Origin: Gammaproteobacteria bacterium | GTDB taxonomy: Bacteria; Pseudomonadota; Gammaproteobacteria; Arenicellales; Arenicellaceae | Direction: 5' to 3' | Length of the DNA: 64,000 nt | Assembly: GCA_034110505.1 (NCBI GenBank) | Contig: JAWUZB010000031.1 | Coordinates: 4,809 to 68,808 of the forward strand | In this document: positions 50,078 through 64,000 of the stretch, piece by piece | How the letters are laid out: every line of letters begins with the position of its first letter | Position numbering within the stretch: the stretch's first letter is position 1 | Notes under the pieces: generated by a model | Seen by the model: the letters and a program-made list of their open reading frames with translations, nothing else | The model's database searches: none | What the model was told of the DNA's origin: nothing | Translations under genes and position numbers: made by a program

Positions 50078-50581
50078 ATGCAAAATTTGATCCTCATTGG
50101 CCCAATGGGCTCGGGAAAAACCACTGTTGGAAAGCAATTGGCTAAACGCACTCGCATGGATTTTGTTGATTCAGATCATATGATCGAAGACCGATGTGGT
50201 GTTTCAATTTCTACTATTTTTGACATTGAAGGTGAAGATGGTTTTCGTAAGCGAGAAACTAAAATGCTTAGCGAATTGTGTGATCGTTCAGGCGTTGTGC
50301 TTGCGACTGGTGGTGGCGCTATCACTAGCGAAGAAAATCGAATTCTACTGCGTAAGGGATTTGTAGTGTATTTGAAAACATCTATCGAAACACAACTGGC
50401 TCGTACCCAGAAAAATCAAAACAGACCCTTATTAGAAAACGTTGATGCCGAGAGTAAGTTACGTCAGCTAATGGAAGAGCGCGGCGAATTGTATGAACAG
50501 GAAGCAGACTTAGTGGTAATGTCTGGAGATAGAATCGTTTCAAAAGTTGTTGAAGAAATTATGGAAGCGCTGGACAAGTAA
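50078..50581 (+). CDS. aroK: Shikimate kinase
   Basis: GPMGSGKTTVG, EGEDGFRKRE, LATGGG, RPLL. Confidence 0.96.
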   Translation: MQNLILIGPMGSGKTTVGKQLAKRTRMDFVDSDHMIEDRCGVSISTIFDIEGEDGFRKRETKMLSELCDRSGVVLATGGGAITSEENRILLRKGFVVYLKTSIETQLARTQKNQNRPLLENVDAESKLRQLMEERGELYEQEADLVVMSGDRIVSKVVEEIMEALDK

Positions 50582-50711
50582 GTCCCTTGGTTTTCATTAT
50601 CGTTGCTGATACTAAACTTATAAACAGATACTAAAGAGCCTTAAAGTTGGCTAAATAGGCTGTAGAAATAGCGTTTATCTATCCCGAACATACTAAGCTG
50701 GCGTTGAATGA

Positions 50712-50740
50712 GTGACTTTCAGCAGCCTTAACAGTATACT
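50712..50740 (+). promoter_or_regulatory. Candidate sigma70 promoter for gltBD
   Basis: GTGACT-17 nt-TATACT. Confidence 0.5.
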
Positions 50741-51125
50741 TTGCGTCCTTTTTCGCTCAAACTGAATTTATTTCGGTTACCCCAGCGACCAAACCTTGTC
50801 GACAGTGTAAGTCGATGCGCCCTTTTTTGAGGCTCATGCAACGAGATTGCCGTTAGCAAGCTCACCGTATATCACAATTGTTTCATCTCGTATTCTGCAA
50901 GCTTGTAGAATAGCTTAGGCAGCGATTATGATTTACGGTCTGTAGCGAACTTCTCTACAACGGACATCGTTGAGTTGTTAGGCAATATCGGCTTTATAGC
51001 GCTTGGTTCGATCTCTAGGTTAACGAGCGTTGAAATCGGAGGCAGAGACACCGTTCTCGCTTCTTCCACTGCAGATCCACATTCTCCAGTATGTGTGTCG
51101 CTAGTATTTTTTGTAGGGCTACGAC

Positions 51126-57016
<5,891 letters not shown>

Positions 57017-57153
57017 TTACGGATAGATTTTCTTGGTATCGAAAGGACGCTGATAAAAACAGCGGCTTTTTATTGGTGCGCCGAGCTTTCTAGCAAGCAC
57101 TTTTAATCGTTTTTTTTGGCAATAACTGTTCACGCAGAAGTAATCTGAGCCTG

Positions 57154-57159
57154 TATAAT
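57154..57159 (+). promoter_or_regulatory. Consensus -10 element 7 nt before the hemE ATG
   Basis: TATAAT-ccggcgc-ATG; no Shine-Dalgarno visible. Confidence 0.55.
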
Positions 57160-57166
57160 CCGGCGC

Positions 57167-58243
57167 ATGAATGAAATGAAAAATGATTTATATCTTCGCG
57201 CCTTACGTGGCGAAAAAGTTGAACGGACCCCTATTTGGGTAATGCGCCAAGCTGGCCGCTATTTGCCGGAGTATCGTCAAGTACGAAAGCAAGCGGGAGA
57301 TTTTCTTACTCTTTGTAAAACTCCAGACTTAGCCTGCGAAGTTACGATGCAGCCGATTGATCGTTTTGGTCTGGATGCTGCGATTTTGTTTTCTGATATC
57401 TTAACCATCCCAGATGCGATGGGCTTAGAGCTTGTATTAGAAGAGGGCATTGGCCCAGTGTTCAATAAGCCAGTTAGAAGCGAAGCTGAGATTAACAAGT
57501 TAAGTGTTCCCGATGCCGAAGATGATCTTGGTTATGTGATGGATGCGGTGCGTGTAATTCGTAAGGAATTAGATGGTCGTGTTCCATTAATCGGTTTTAC
57601 CGGTAGCCCTTGGACCCTAGCAAGCTATATGGTTGAAGGCAGTGGCAGTAAGGATTTTCGTCGTATCAAGGGGTTAATGTTCGAATCCCCACAGGCTGCT
57701 CACACCTTATTGCAAGTAGTTACCGATAGTGTGATTAGCTATTTAAAAGCACAAGTTGCCGCCGGCGTACAAAGTTTAATGATCTTTGATACCTGGGGCG
57801 GAGTGTTGTCGACCGCTAATTATCAGACCTTCTCATTGGCTTACATGCAGCAAATTGTTAGCGCCATGAAGTCAGACCCGATGAGCAAAGATATCCCCAT
57901 CGTATTGTTTACCAAAGGCGGTGGCCCGTGGCTGGAGCTGATGGCTGACACCGGCTGTGATGGTTTAGGGCTCGATTGGACTGTCGATATTGCCGATGCT
58001 AAAGCGCGTGTTGGCGATCGGGTGGTTTTGCAAGGCAATATGGATCCAGTGGTAATGAACACTGGCGAGCAACAGGTTCGTGAAAACGCTATGTTAGTAC
58101 TCGAAGGTTACGGTCAACATCAGCAGAGCGACAAAGGTCATATTTTTAATTTAGGCCACGGTATTCAGCCATTTGCTAAACCGGATAACATGCAAGCCTT
58201 GGTTGAGACTGTGCAAGGTAAGAGCGCACAATTTCACCGCTAG
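57167..58243 (+). CDS. hemE: Uroporphyrinogen decarboxylase
   Basis: PIWVMRQAGRYLPEY, AAILFSDIL, LQGNMDP, HIFNLGHG. Confidence 0.98.
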   Translation: MNEMKNDLYLRALRGEKVERTPIWVMRQAGRYLPEYRQVRKQAGDFLTLCKTPDLACEVTMQPIDRFGLDAAILFSDILTIPDAMGLELVLEEGIGPVFNKPVRSEAEINKLSVPDAEDDLGYVMDAVRVIRKELDGRVPLIGFTGSPWTLASYMVEGSGSKDFRRIKGLMFESPQAAHTLLQVVTDSVISYLKAQVAAGVQSLMIFDTWGGVLSTANYQTFSLAYMQQIVSAMKSDPMSKDIPIVLFTKGGGPWLELMADTGCDGLGLDWTVDIADAKARVGDRVVLQGNMDPVVMNTGEQQVRENAMLVLEGYGQHQQSDKGHIFNLGHGIQPFAKPDNMQALVETVQGKSAQFHR

Positions 58244-58262
58244 AACTGATTGGTTGGTTGCA

Positions 58263-58733
58263 ATGATTGACTTTGACCAAATAGAGACTGACATATTCAT
58301 TGGTAGTGCGCCGCAAAGCAGTGTTGATGTGGCGCGCTTAAAGCAGATTAAAGTCACTGCGGTTTTATCGTTGCAAAGTGATGCTGATTTTAAGTATCAC
58401 CGGATCGATTGGAAAAAGCTTCAGAGCGCATACCAAGCAAGTGAGATGGAAGTTCAGCGTTTCTCTATTGTCGATTTTGACGAAATTGATCTAGGTAATA
58501 AATTGGCTGAGCCGGTTCAAGCTTTAAATGATTTACGAGCAGAAGGCCATCGTGTTTACGTTCATTGTAATGCCGGAATTTGCCGCGCTCCGGCGACCGT
58601 GCTTACCTACCTATGCCATTACCAAGGTATGAGTATCGCACAAGGCTTAGAGCATTTACGTCGCAGCCGACCTAAAGTAAACCCCTATATCAGTGCCGTT
58701 GAAAAAGCACTGATAAAACTCAAGGCTAACTAA
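58263..58733 (+). CDS. Dual-specificity phosphatase, laforin/SEX4-like subfamily
   Basis: VYVHCNAGICRAP (CX5R loop), IVDFD acid loop, LSLQSDAD; ATG 19 nt after the hemE stop. Confidence 0.85.
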   Translation: MIDFDQIETDIFIGSAPQSSVDVARLKQIKVTAVLSLQSDADFKYHRIDWKKLQSAYQASEMEVQRFSIVDFDEIDLGNKLAEPVQALNDLRAEGHRVYVHCNAGICRAPATVLTYLCHYQGMSIAQGLEHLRRSRPKVNPYISAVEKALIKLKAN

Positions 58734-59075
58734 ATCTAGCGGTTGCAGCCACAGCCGCTTTTCGAGCGTAAAGACTGTCTCTATAGGCTAAATAATCCGC
58801 ACCCACGTAAAAGCCAAGTCGGTCAGCCCAGTTGAAAGCCGTTGCCACTAAAATATCGGCCAAGGTGACGCTTTAAGTTAGTCCAAAATCGTCATGCTTG
58901 AGCGAAGGCACTTTGCCTTGAGGGCTTAGCTTCAGATACTCAGCAGATTTAGCGCCATTGCTATCGGAACTGTCTAGTCTAAGGATACAAAAGCATAATC
59001 AATGTCGGCTTCTGCGATTACCCACAGCCATCAAAACGAGCTAGATGGGCTTAAGCCGCAAAGTGAAATAGCAAT
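58726..59075 (-). pseudogene. Decayed glutathione S-transferase pseudogene
   Basis: Reverse-strand translation ISLCGLSPSSSF*WLWVIAEADIDYAFVSLD* (frameshift) AKSAEYLKLSPQGKVPSLKHDDFGLT*SVTLADILVATAFNWA...YRDSLYARKA: GST N-domain motifs joined directly to the C-domain TLAD motif. Confidence 0.8.
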
Positions 59076-59078
59076 CGT

Positions 59079-59705
59079 TTAATCGAGTAGTTTGCTATCG
59101 ATCAAAAAGTCTAGAATTATATCTTTGACAATAGGTTGAGTTTTTGCCGTAGGGTGAAGACCATCCGCTTGTATGAAATCAGGTTGTAGAAAAAATTCTT
59201 GACGATAAAAATCGATAAACGGCAGATCATGCTTCTCGGATAGCTCTTTAAAGGTGGCACGGAATTGATCGATATAACGTGGCCCATAAGATGCCGGCAA
59301 TGAGATTCCAGCTAGCGCGATTTTGATATTTTGCTGTTTTACAAGCGCGATGATTTGTTCCAGGTTTTCTCGCATTGCGCTGATCGACATGCCCTGCAAA
59401 CCGTCATTTGCGCCGAGTTCAATCAAGATAACATCTGGTTTCAATTCGGCTAAGGTTAATGGCAAACGAGCAAGACCACCGCCAGATGTTTCCCCGGAAA
59501 TGCTGGCATTAGTGACTTTGTAGGTTTCTTTAATGGAATCTGCTAGCAGGTGTGCCCAGCCCTGCTCTAACTGCATACCGTACGCGGCACTTAAACTATC
59601 ACCGAAGATGACTAGATGCTTAGCCTGTGCATTAGCCGGAGCTATTAATAATAGTAATGAAAATAAAGCAAAGGTGAACTTGTCTTTCAGTCGATTCGGT
59701 ATCAT
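59079..59705 (-). CDS. tesA: Periplasmic acyl-CoA thioesterase I / arylesterase (SGNH)
   Basis: Signal peptide, GDSLSAAYG, NASISGET, ELGANDG, DGLHP. Confidence 0.93.
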   Translation of the reverse strand: MIPNRLKDKFTFALFSLLLLIAPANAQAKHLVIFGDSLSAAYGMQLEQGWAHLLADSIKETYKVTNASISGETSGGGLARLPLTLAELKPDVILIELGANDGLQGMSISAMRENLEQIIALVKQQNIKIALAGISLPASYGPRYIDQFRATFKELSEKHDLPFIDFYRQEFFLQPDFIQADGLHPTAKTQPIVKDIILDFLIDSKLLD

Positions 59706-59818
59706 GGAGTTAAATTAAGACCAACAAGGTCTAATTGGGTAATATTCTTACGTAGAACTAATCTAGCACAGTTCTTGTGGCGACCTAGTTAAGACAAATT
59801 AAGGCAGAAACACACAGC

Positions 59819-60502
59819 ATGACACAATCCATTCTTTGCGCATTAGGCGTCAGCAAGCGCGTGCGCACTGCCGATCAAGAGCTCACGATTTTAGATAATG
59901 TTTCTTTAGATATTGGCTTAGGCGAAAGCGTAGCGATTATCGGCCCCTCAGGCGCAGGAAAATCAACTCTTTTAGGGCTACTTGCGGGTTTAGATACACC
60001 AAGCGATGGCCAAATATGGATGGGTGATCACGAGATCACGGCTACCGACGAAGAGGGTCGGGCCGCGATAAGGGCAAAAATGGTTGGTTTTGTATTCCAA
60101 ACATTTCAATTACTAGGTAGCTTAACCGCGCTTGAAAATGTCTCTTTGCCGATGGAGTTATCGGGTCAACGCGATGCGCGTGAGCGCGCAATTGAATATC
60201 TTAATAAAGTAGGTTTAGCAGCGCGACTAGGTCACTACCCTAAGCAACTATCAGGTGGAGAGCAGCAACGCGTTGCATTAGCTAGAGCATTCGCATGTTC
60301 GCCAAAGATCCTGTTTGCCGATGAACCGACGGGTAACCTCGACCAAGCGACAGGTTTAAAGATTAGCGATTTACTGTTCGATCTTAATCAGCAAACCGAG
60401 ACAACCTTGGTATTGGTCACACATGAGCAAAGATTGGCTGAGCGTTGCCAATCTATTATTACTATCGATGATGGTCGTTTGCTTAGCCGGGTTGAAAGCT
60501 AG
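59819..60502 (+). CDS. ybbA: ABC ATP-binding protein, YbbA/LolD family
   Basis: GPSGAGKST, LSGGEQQRV, FADEPTGNLD; divergent from tesA. Confidence 0.88.
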   Translation: MTQSILCALGVSKRVRTADQELTILDNVSLDIGLGESVAIIGPSGAGKSTLLGLLAGLDTPSDGQIWMGDHEITATDEEGRAAIRAKMVGFVFQTFQLLGSLTALENVSLPMELSGQRDARERAIEYLNKVGLAARLGHYPKQLSGGEQQRVALARAFACSPKILFADEPTGNLDQATGLKISDLLFDLNQQTETTLVLVTHEQRLAERCQSIITIDDGRLLSRVES

Positions 60503-60504
60503 CC

Positions 60505-63036
60505 ATGAACTTAATTGATATAAAACTTTTATGGCGCGATTGGAAAGGTGGTCAGCTTAACCTAGTTGTATCGGCACTGGTGTTAGCGGTTATGGTTGTT
60601 ACCGCGGTGAGCCTGTTTGCCGATCGAGTTGAGCGCGGCCTAAACCAGCAAATTTCCAGTTTTCTTGCCTCTGATTTAACCGTTAGAGGGGGCATTGAAA
60701 TCAGTGATGACTATCGAGCTAAAGCCTCTGAGCTGAATTTACAGACCGCAGATTTGGCGTTATTTCGATCGATGGTATTTGCCGGTGAGAATAATCATTT
60801 GGCTTCAGTCAAAGCGGTTAGCGACGCCTATCCTTTGCGCGGCCAGATAGAAATTAGTGATGATTTAGATGCGGGCAATGTAAGCAAACGTTCGCACGGA
60901 CCTGGGTCCGGAGAAGCTTGGGTTGAAGCCAGACTATTCAGCCTACTTAATATCAAAATTGGCGATGTAATCGAGGTCGGTTATCTGAACCTCAAGGTCA
61001 CCAACCTGATCGTTAATGAGCCGGATCGCGGTACTGGCTTTGCTGCGGCGGGTGCTCGGGTAATGATTAGTATTGACGATTTACCCGCTTCGCAGCTAGT
61101 TCGCCCAGGCAGTCGTATCGGCTATCGTTTTTTGATGAGCGGCGATGACCGCTCTATCGAGCAGTATAAAGTTTGGTATCAACAGCGTGAAGACGCGCTA
61201 AAAAACAGCAGCGAACTCAAACACTTTAGCTTAGTTACGCCAGAAAATGCCGAAGAACAACTGGCCGACGCGATGCAACGTGGGCGAGCATTTCTGTTGT
61301 TAAGCGGCACTATCGGAGTTCTGTTGGCCGGCATAGCCATGGCCTTAGCAAGTCAGCGATACGCAAGCCGACTTACCGACCAAGTTGCCTTAATGAAAGC
61401 GTGGGGGCAATCCACTAATGCTATCCGACGCAGCCAATTTCTGCGTTTATTTGTGATTGCCGCAGTATCAACCTTAATCGGCATGTTGCTGGGTTGGTTG
61501 GCGCATTATATGTTGCTGGAAGTCGCTAAGGGCGTGTTCGAGGTTGAACTACCACTACCCGGAAGAAGACCTTGGATAGTGGCAACCGTCACCGGCTTCG
61601 TCTGCGTGCTTGGCTTTGCTTTACCGGCGCTATGGCATCTACCGACGATTGCGCCATTGAGGGTTTTACGCCGTGACCTGCCAGACTCATTGTTGGGTCA
61701 AGGTCGCAGACTGGCTATTGGTATTGTATCGCTGCTACTGCTCACCTATTGGTACAGCCAAAGTATTGTTACCTCACTGCTATTTTTAGCCGCGATATTT
61801 GTATTGTTCGCTGTATGCGCCTTAGTTGCCCTACAGTTTCTAAAATTGGTACAAAGCTTTGGCAGTTGGCGTGGAAGTTTTGTCCGCTTGGGCTTAGCCA
61901 ATTTGTGGCGTCGTCGCGGACAAACCTTAGTTCAATTAGTCGGTTTCTCGACTACTTTAATGCTTTTGTTGGTGGTCACTGGCTTACGGACGAACCTGAT
62001 TGCCGAATGGCAAGCACAGCTACCTGACGATACTCCAAGTCACTTTCTTTATAACGTTGCCGACCGAGAAGTCGATGCGGTTAAACAATTGCTAGCCGAC
62101 TCAGATGTTACTACGACCGCATGGTTTCCAATGGTCCGTGGCCGTCTAGTGTCGATTAACGGCGAGTCTATTACTCGTGAACGTATGGCTCAGTCCGATG
62201 GACTCAGTCGCGAAGTAAACTTTACTCAAACTGTGGATTTGCCTGTTAGCAACGAGATTGTCGATGGTAATTGGTGGGTAACGGCACCCGCCGGTTTGGA
62301 ATTTTCACTGGAACAACAAGTTGCGACAGAAATTGGCGTCAAAATTGGCGACCAAATTGAATTTAGTATCGGCGGCCTCAACTTCAGTGCTACATTGGCG
62401 AGTATCCGCAGCGTAGATTGGCAAAGTATGAACCCCAACTTTTATGTGGTGTTTTACCCTGGTGCGCTAGATCGCTATGCACCAAATTGGGTCACAGCAG
62501 TACGTGCTGCTAACACCATTGAAGTTAGTCGCGGAGCGCTCGCGAAGCAGGCGCCATTCGTTAATAAAATGGTCAAACAGTATCCGGCCACAGTAGTGCT
62601 CGAGTTAGGTGATGTGATCGCCAGAATTCGTGATGTGATTGACCGAGTTACTCAGGGGCTTGAACTTATCTTATTCTTGGTACTAATTTGCGGAGCATTA
62701 GTATTGTTTGCTGCAATAGGTGTTTCCTATGATGAACGCTTACGCGAGAACGCAATTTTACGTACTTTAGGGAGCTCGAAGAAAATAATTCTGGGTGCAT
62801 TAACGATTGAATATGCCACGCTGGGGGCAATCGCCGGATTGATTGCCAGCGCTGGTGCTGAAATAGTGTTGTTTTTTGTGCAGCGAAATGTGTTTGATAT
62901 GGCAACTCAATGGCACCCAAATTTATGGTTCTTAGGCTTATCTTCAGGGGTGATATTAGTCACTGCCTTGGGCTTGCTGCGAAGTAAAAACATTATCACG
63001 GTGCCGCCGCTGCAATCATTGCGCGAGGTCGGCTAA
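60505..63036 (+). CDS. ybbP: ABC permease, YbbP family (two MacB/FtsX units)
   Basis: WRDWKGG, AYPLRG, LPDDTPSHF, SIRSVDWQSMNPNF, RENAILRTLG. Confidence 0.88.
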   Translation: MNLIDIKLLWRDWKGGQLNLVVSALVLAVMVVTAVSLFADRVERGLNQQISSFLASDLTVRGGIEISDDYRAKASELNLQTADLALFRSMVFAGENNHLASVKAVSDAYPLRGQIEISDDLDAGNVSKRSHGPGSGEAWVEARLFSLLNIKIGDVIEVGYLNLKVTNLIVNEPDRGTGFAAAGARVMISIDDLPASQLVRPGSRIGYRFLMSGDDRSIEQYKVWYQQREDALKNSSELKHFSLVTPENAEEQLADAMQRGRAFLLLSGTIGVLLAGIAMALASQRYASRLTDQVALMKAWGQSTNAIRRSQFLRLFVIAAVSTLIGMLLGWLAHYMLLEVAKGVFEVELPLPGRRPWIVATVTGFVCVLGFALPALWHLPTIAPLRVLRRDLPDSLLGQGRRLAIGIVSLLLLTYWYSQSIVTSLLFLAAIFVLFAVCALVALQFLKLVQSFGSWRGSFVRLGLANLWRRRGQTLVQLVGFSTTLMLLLVVTGLRTNLIAEWQAQLPDDTPSHFLYNVADREVDAVKQLLADSDVTTTAWFPMVRGRLVSINGESITRERMAQSDGLSREVNFTQTVDLPVSNEIVDGNWWVTAPAGLEFSLEQQVATEIGVKIGDQIEFSIGGLNFSATLASIRSVDWQSMNPNFYVVFYPGALDRYAPNWVTAVRAANTIEVSRGALAKQAPFVNKMVKQYPATVVLELGDVIARIRDVIDRVTQGLELILFLVLICGALVLFAAIGVSYDERLRENAILRTLGSSKKIILGALTIEYATLGAIAGLIASAGAEIVLFFVQRNVFDMATQWHPNLWFLGLSSGVILVTALGLLRSKNIITVPPLQSLREVG

Positions 63037-63319
63037 GCTATTACAAATGGGCCTTACTGATGATTGGCAGCTCAGCTGCAGGGTTACAGAGTACTCAATG
63101 GTGAATGGTTTCTATTGTCTTGCTAAAAACATTGTGCGATAAGGTGTTACCACGCTAAGTTTTTAAGGCCGTCTTACTTGTCTAGCTTAGATATTGAAAG
63201 TAATAGGGATTGTGGATTTAGCTGGAGTTATGCGGATGCTTACAATTGATTTACACTGAGGATTGAACAGATAGATCAGAAACGTGCTGTCACAGGCATG
63301 AAATATATTCGGGTTTGAG

Positions 63320-63958
63320 GTGATTATGAAGATAAGGTTACAGCACCGTGCTTACAGGTTTACTCAAAAGCTGATCGCTACGTTGATAGTGACACTACTT
63401 ATTTCACTGACATTAAATATCGTTTATGCCCAGTCCGGAATGGTTATCGGCGGGGATTCCTTTGCGGCCGAATGCTACCGCAACTCACAAGTGGCTATAT
63501 CGGTTGGCAATGCCAATCGGCATGACCTTAAACCCTGTGATCGAGCAATTAGTGACGGCACACTGAGGCGTGATTACTTAGTTGCAAGCTATGTCAATCG
63601 TGGCGCTATACACATGGCGATGGCTGACCCTAAATCGGCATTGGACGATCTAAATCATGCGCTCGAACTTGATGATAAAACAGGTGAAGCCTATGTTAAT
63701 CGTGGAAACCTATGGTTTCTAGGGAATAAATTTCCCAATGCTGTGGCCGATTACGATTTAGCCTTAAAATTAGGTGTCGAGAAGCCTCACGTCGCCCACT
63801 TAAATAGGGGTATGGCGCAAGAGCAGATGGGCAAGTTTGAAGAGGCCAAGGCTGACTATCAGAGATCGCTAAACTATGCTGTTGGCTGGACTGAAGCCGA
63901 GTCGCGACTCGCTCGGGTAATTGAAAAAATTAACAAAGGCAATCGTGAAAAAAAATAG
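63320..63958 (+). CDS. Secreted tetratricopeptide-repeat protein
   Basis: Signal peptide ending VYA; TPR units YVNRGAI, AYVNRGNL, AHLNRGMA; N-terminal Cys pair. Confidence 0.82.
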   Translation: MIMKIRLQHRAYRFTQKLIATLIVTLLISLTLNIVYAQSGMVIGGDSFAAECYRNSQVAISVGNANRHDLKPCDRAISDGTLRRDYLVASYVNRGAIHMAMADPKSALDDLNHALELDDKTGEAYVNRGNLWFLGNKFPNAVADYDLALKLGVEKPHVAHLNRGMAQEQMGKFEEAKADYQRSLNYAVGWTEAESRLARVIEKINKGNREKK

Positions 63959-64000
63959 CCCGCAGCCTAAGCTAAATAGTAAAGACGTTGAGAAGCAAGT

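Noticed and set aside
50815-50856. Short uORF MRPFLRLMQRDCR in the gltB leader as an attenuator peptide
   Set aside because: No clear RBS, no Glu/Gln codon run, and no terminator linked to it.

Overview
Gene-dense core-chromosome segment (about 45% GC by eye) of what looks like a free-living, probably marine, gammaproteobacterium; this is inferred from gene order and protein style. It contains the end of a Chp/Pil chemosensory cluster (chpA-like 5'-truncated, chpC-like), tkt-pgk, a probably frameshifted FimV-like membrane protein, a hypoxanthine-DNA glycosylase, ycgN, dsbB, an atypical S8 protease with a beta-rich C-terminal domain, cysS-sufE, argD-argF plus an ABC ATPase, a PuuD-N-like membrane protein, argG plus a TIGR04283/TIGR04282 transferase pair, a Tat-type msrB and lpxL. 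Next come the conserved def-fmt-rsmB-DUF4390-ntrY-ntrX-trkA-trkH and LysM-dprA-smg-topA blocks, mrcA / pilMNOPQ-aroK, gltBD, hemE, a laforin/SEX4-like phosphatase, a decayed GST pseudogene, tesA / ybbA-ybbP and a secreted TPR protein. I saw no rRNA, tRNA, CRISPR array, prophage or transposase. The best leads are (1) a stand-alone bacterial protein resembling the phosphatase domain of plant/animal glucan phosphatases, (2) a propeptide-less S8 protein with an internal GlyGly-CTERM-like sorting motif ahead of a putative outer-membrane barrel, and (3) a ~380-nt densely structured gltB leader. All homology calls come from motifs read by eye and remembered family features, not from database searches.
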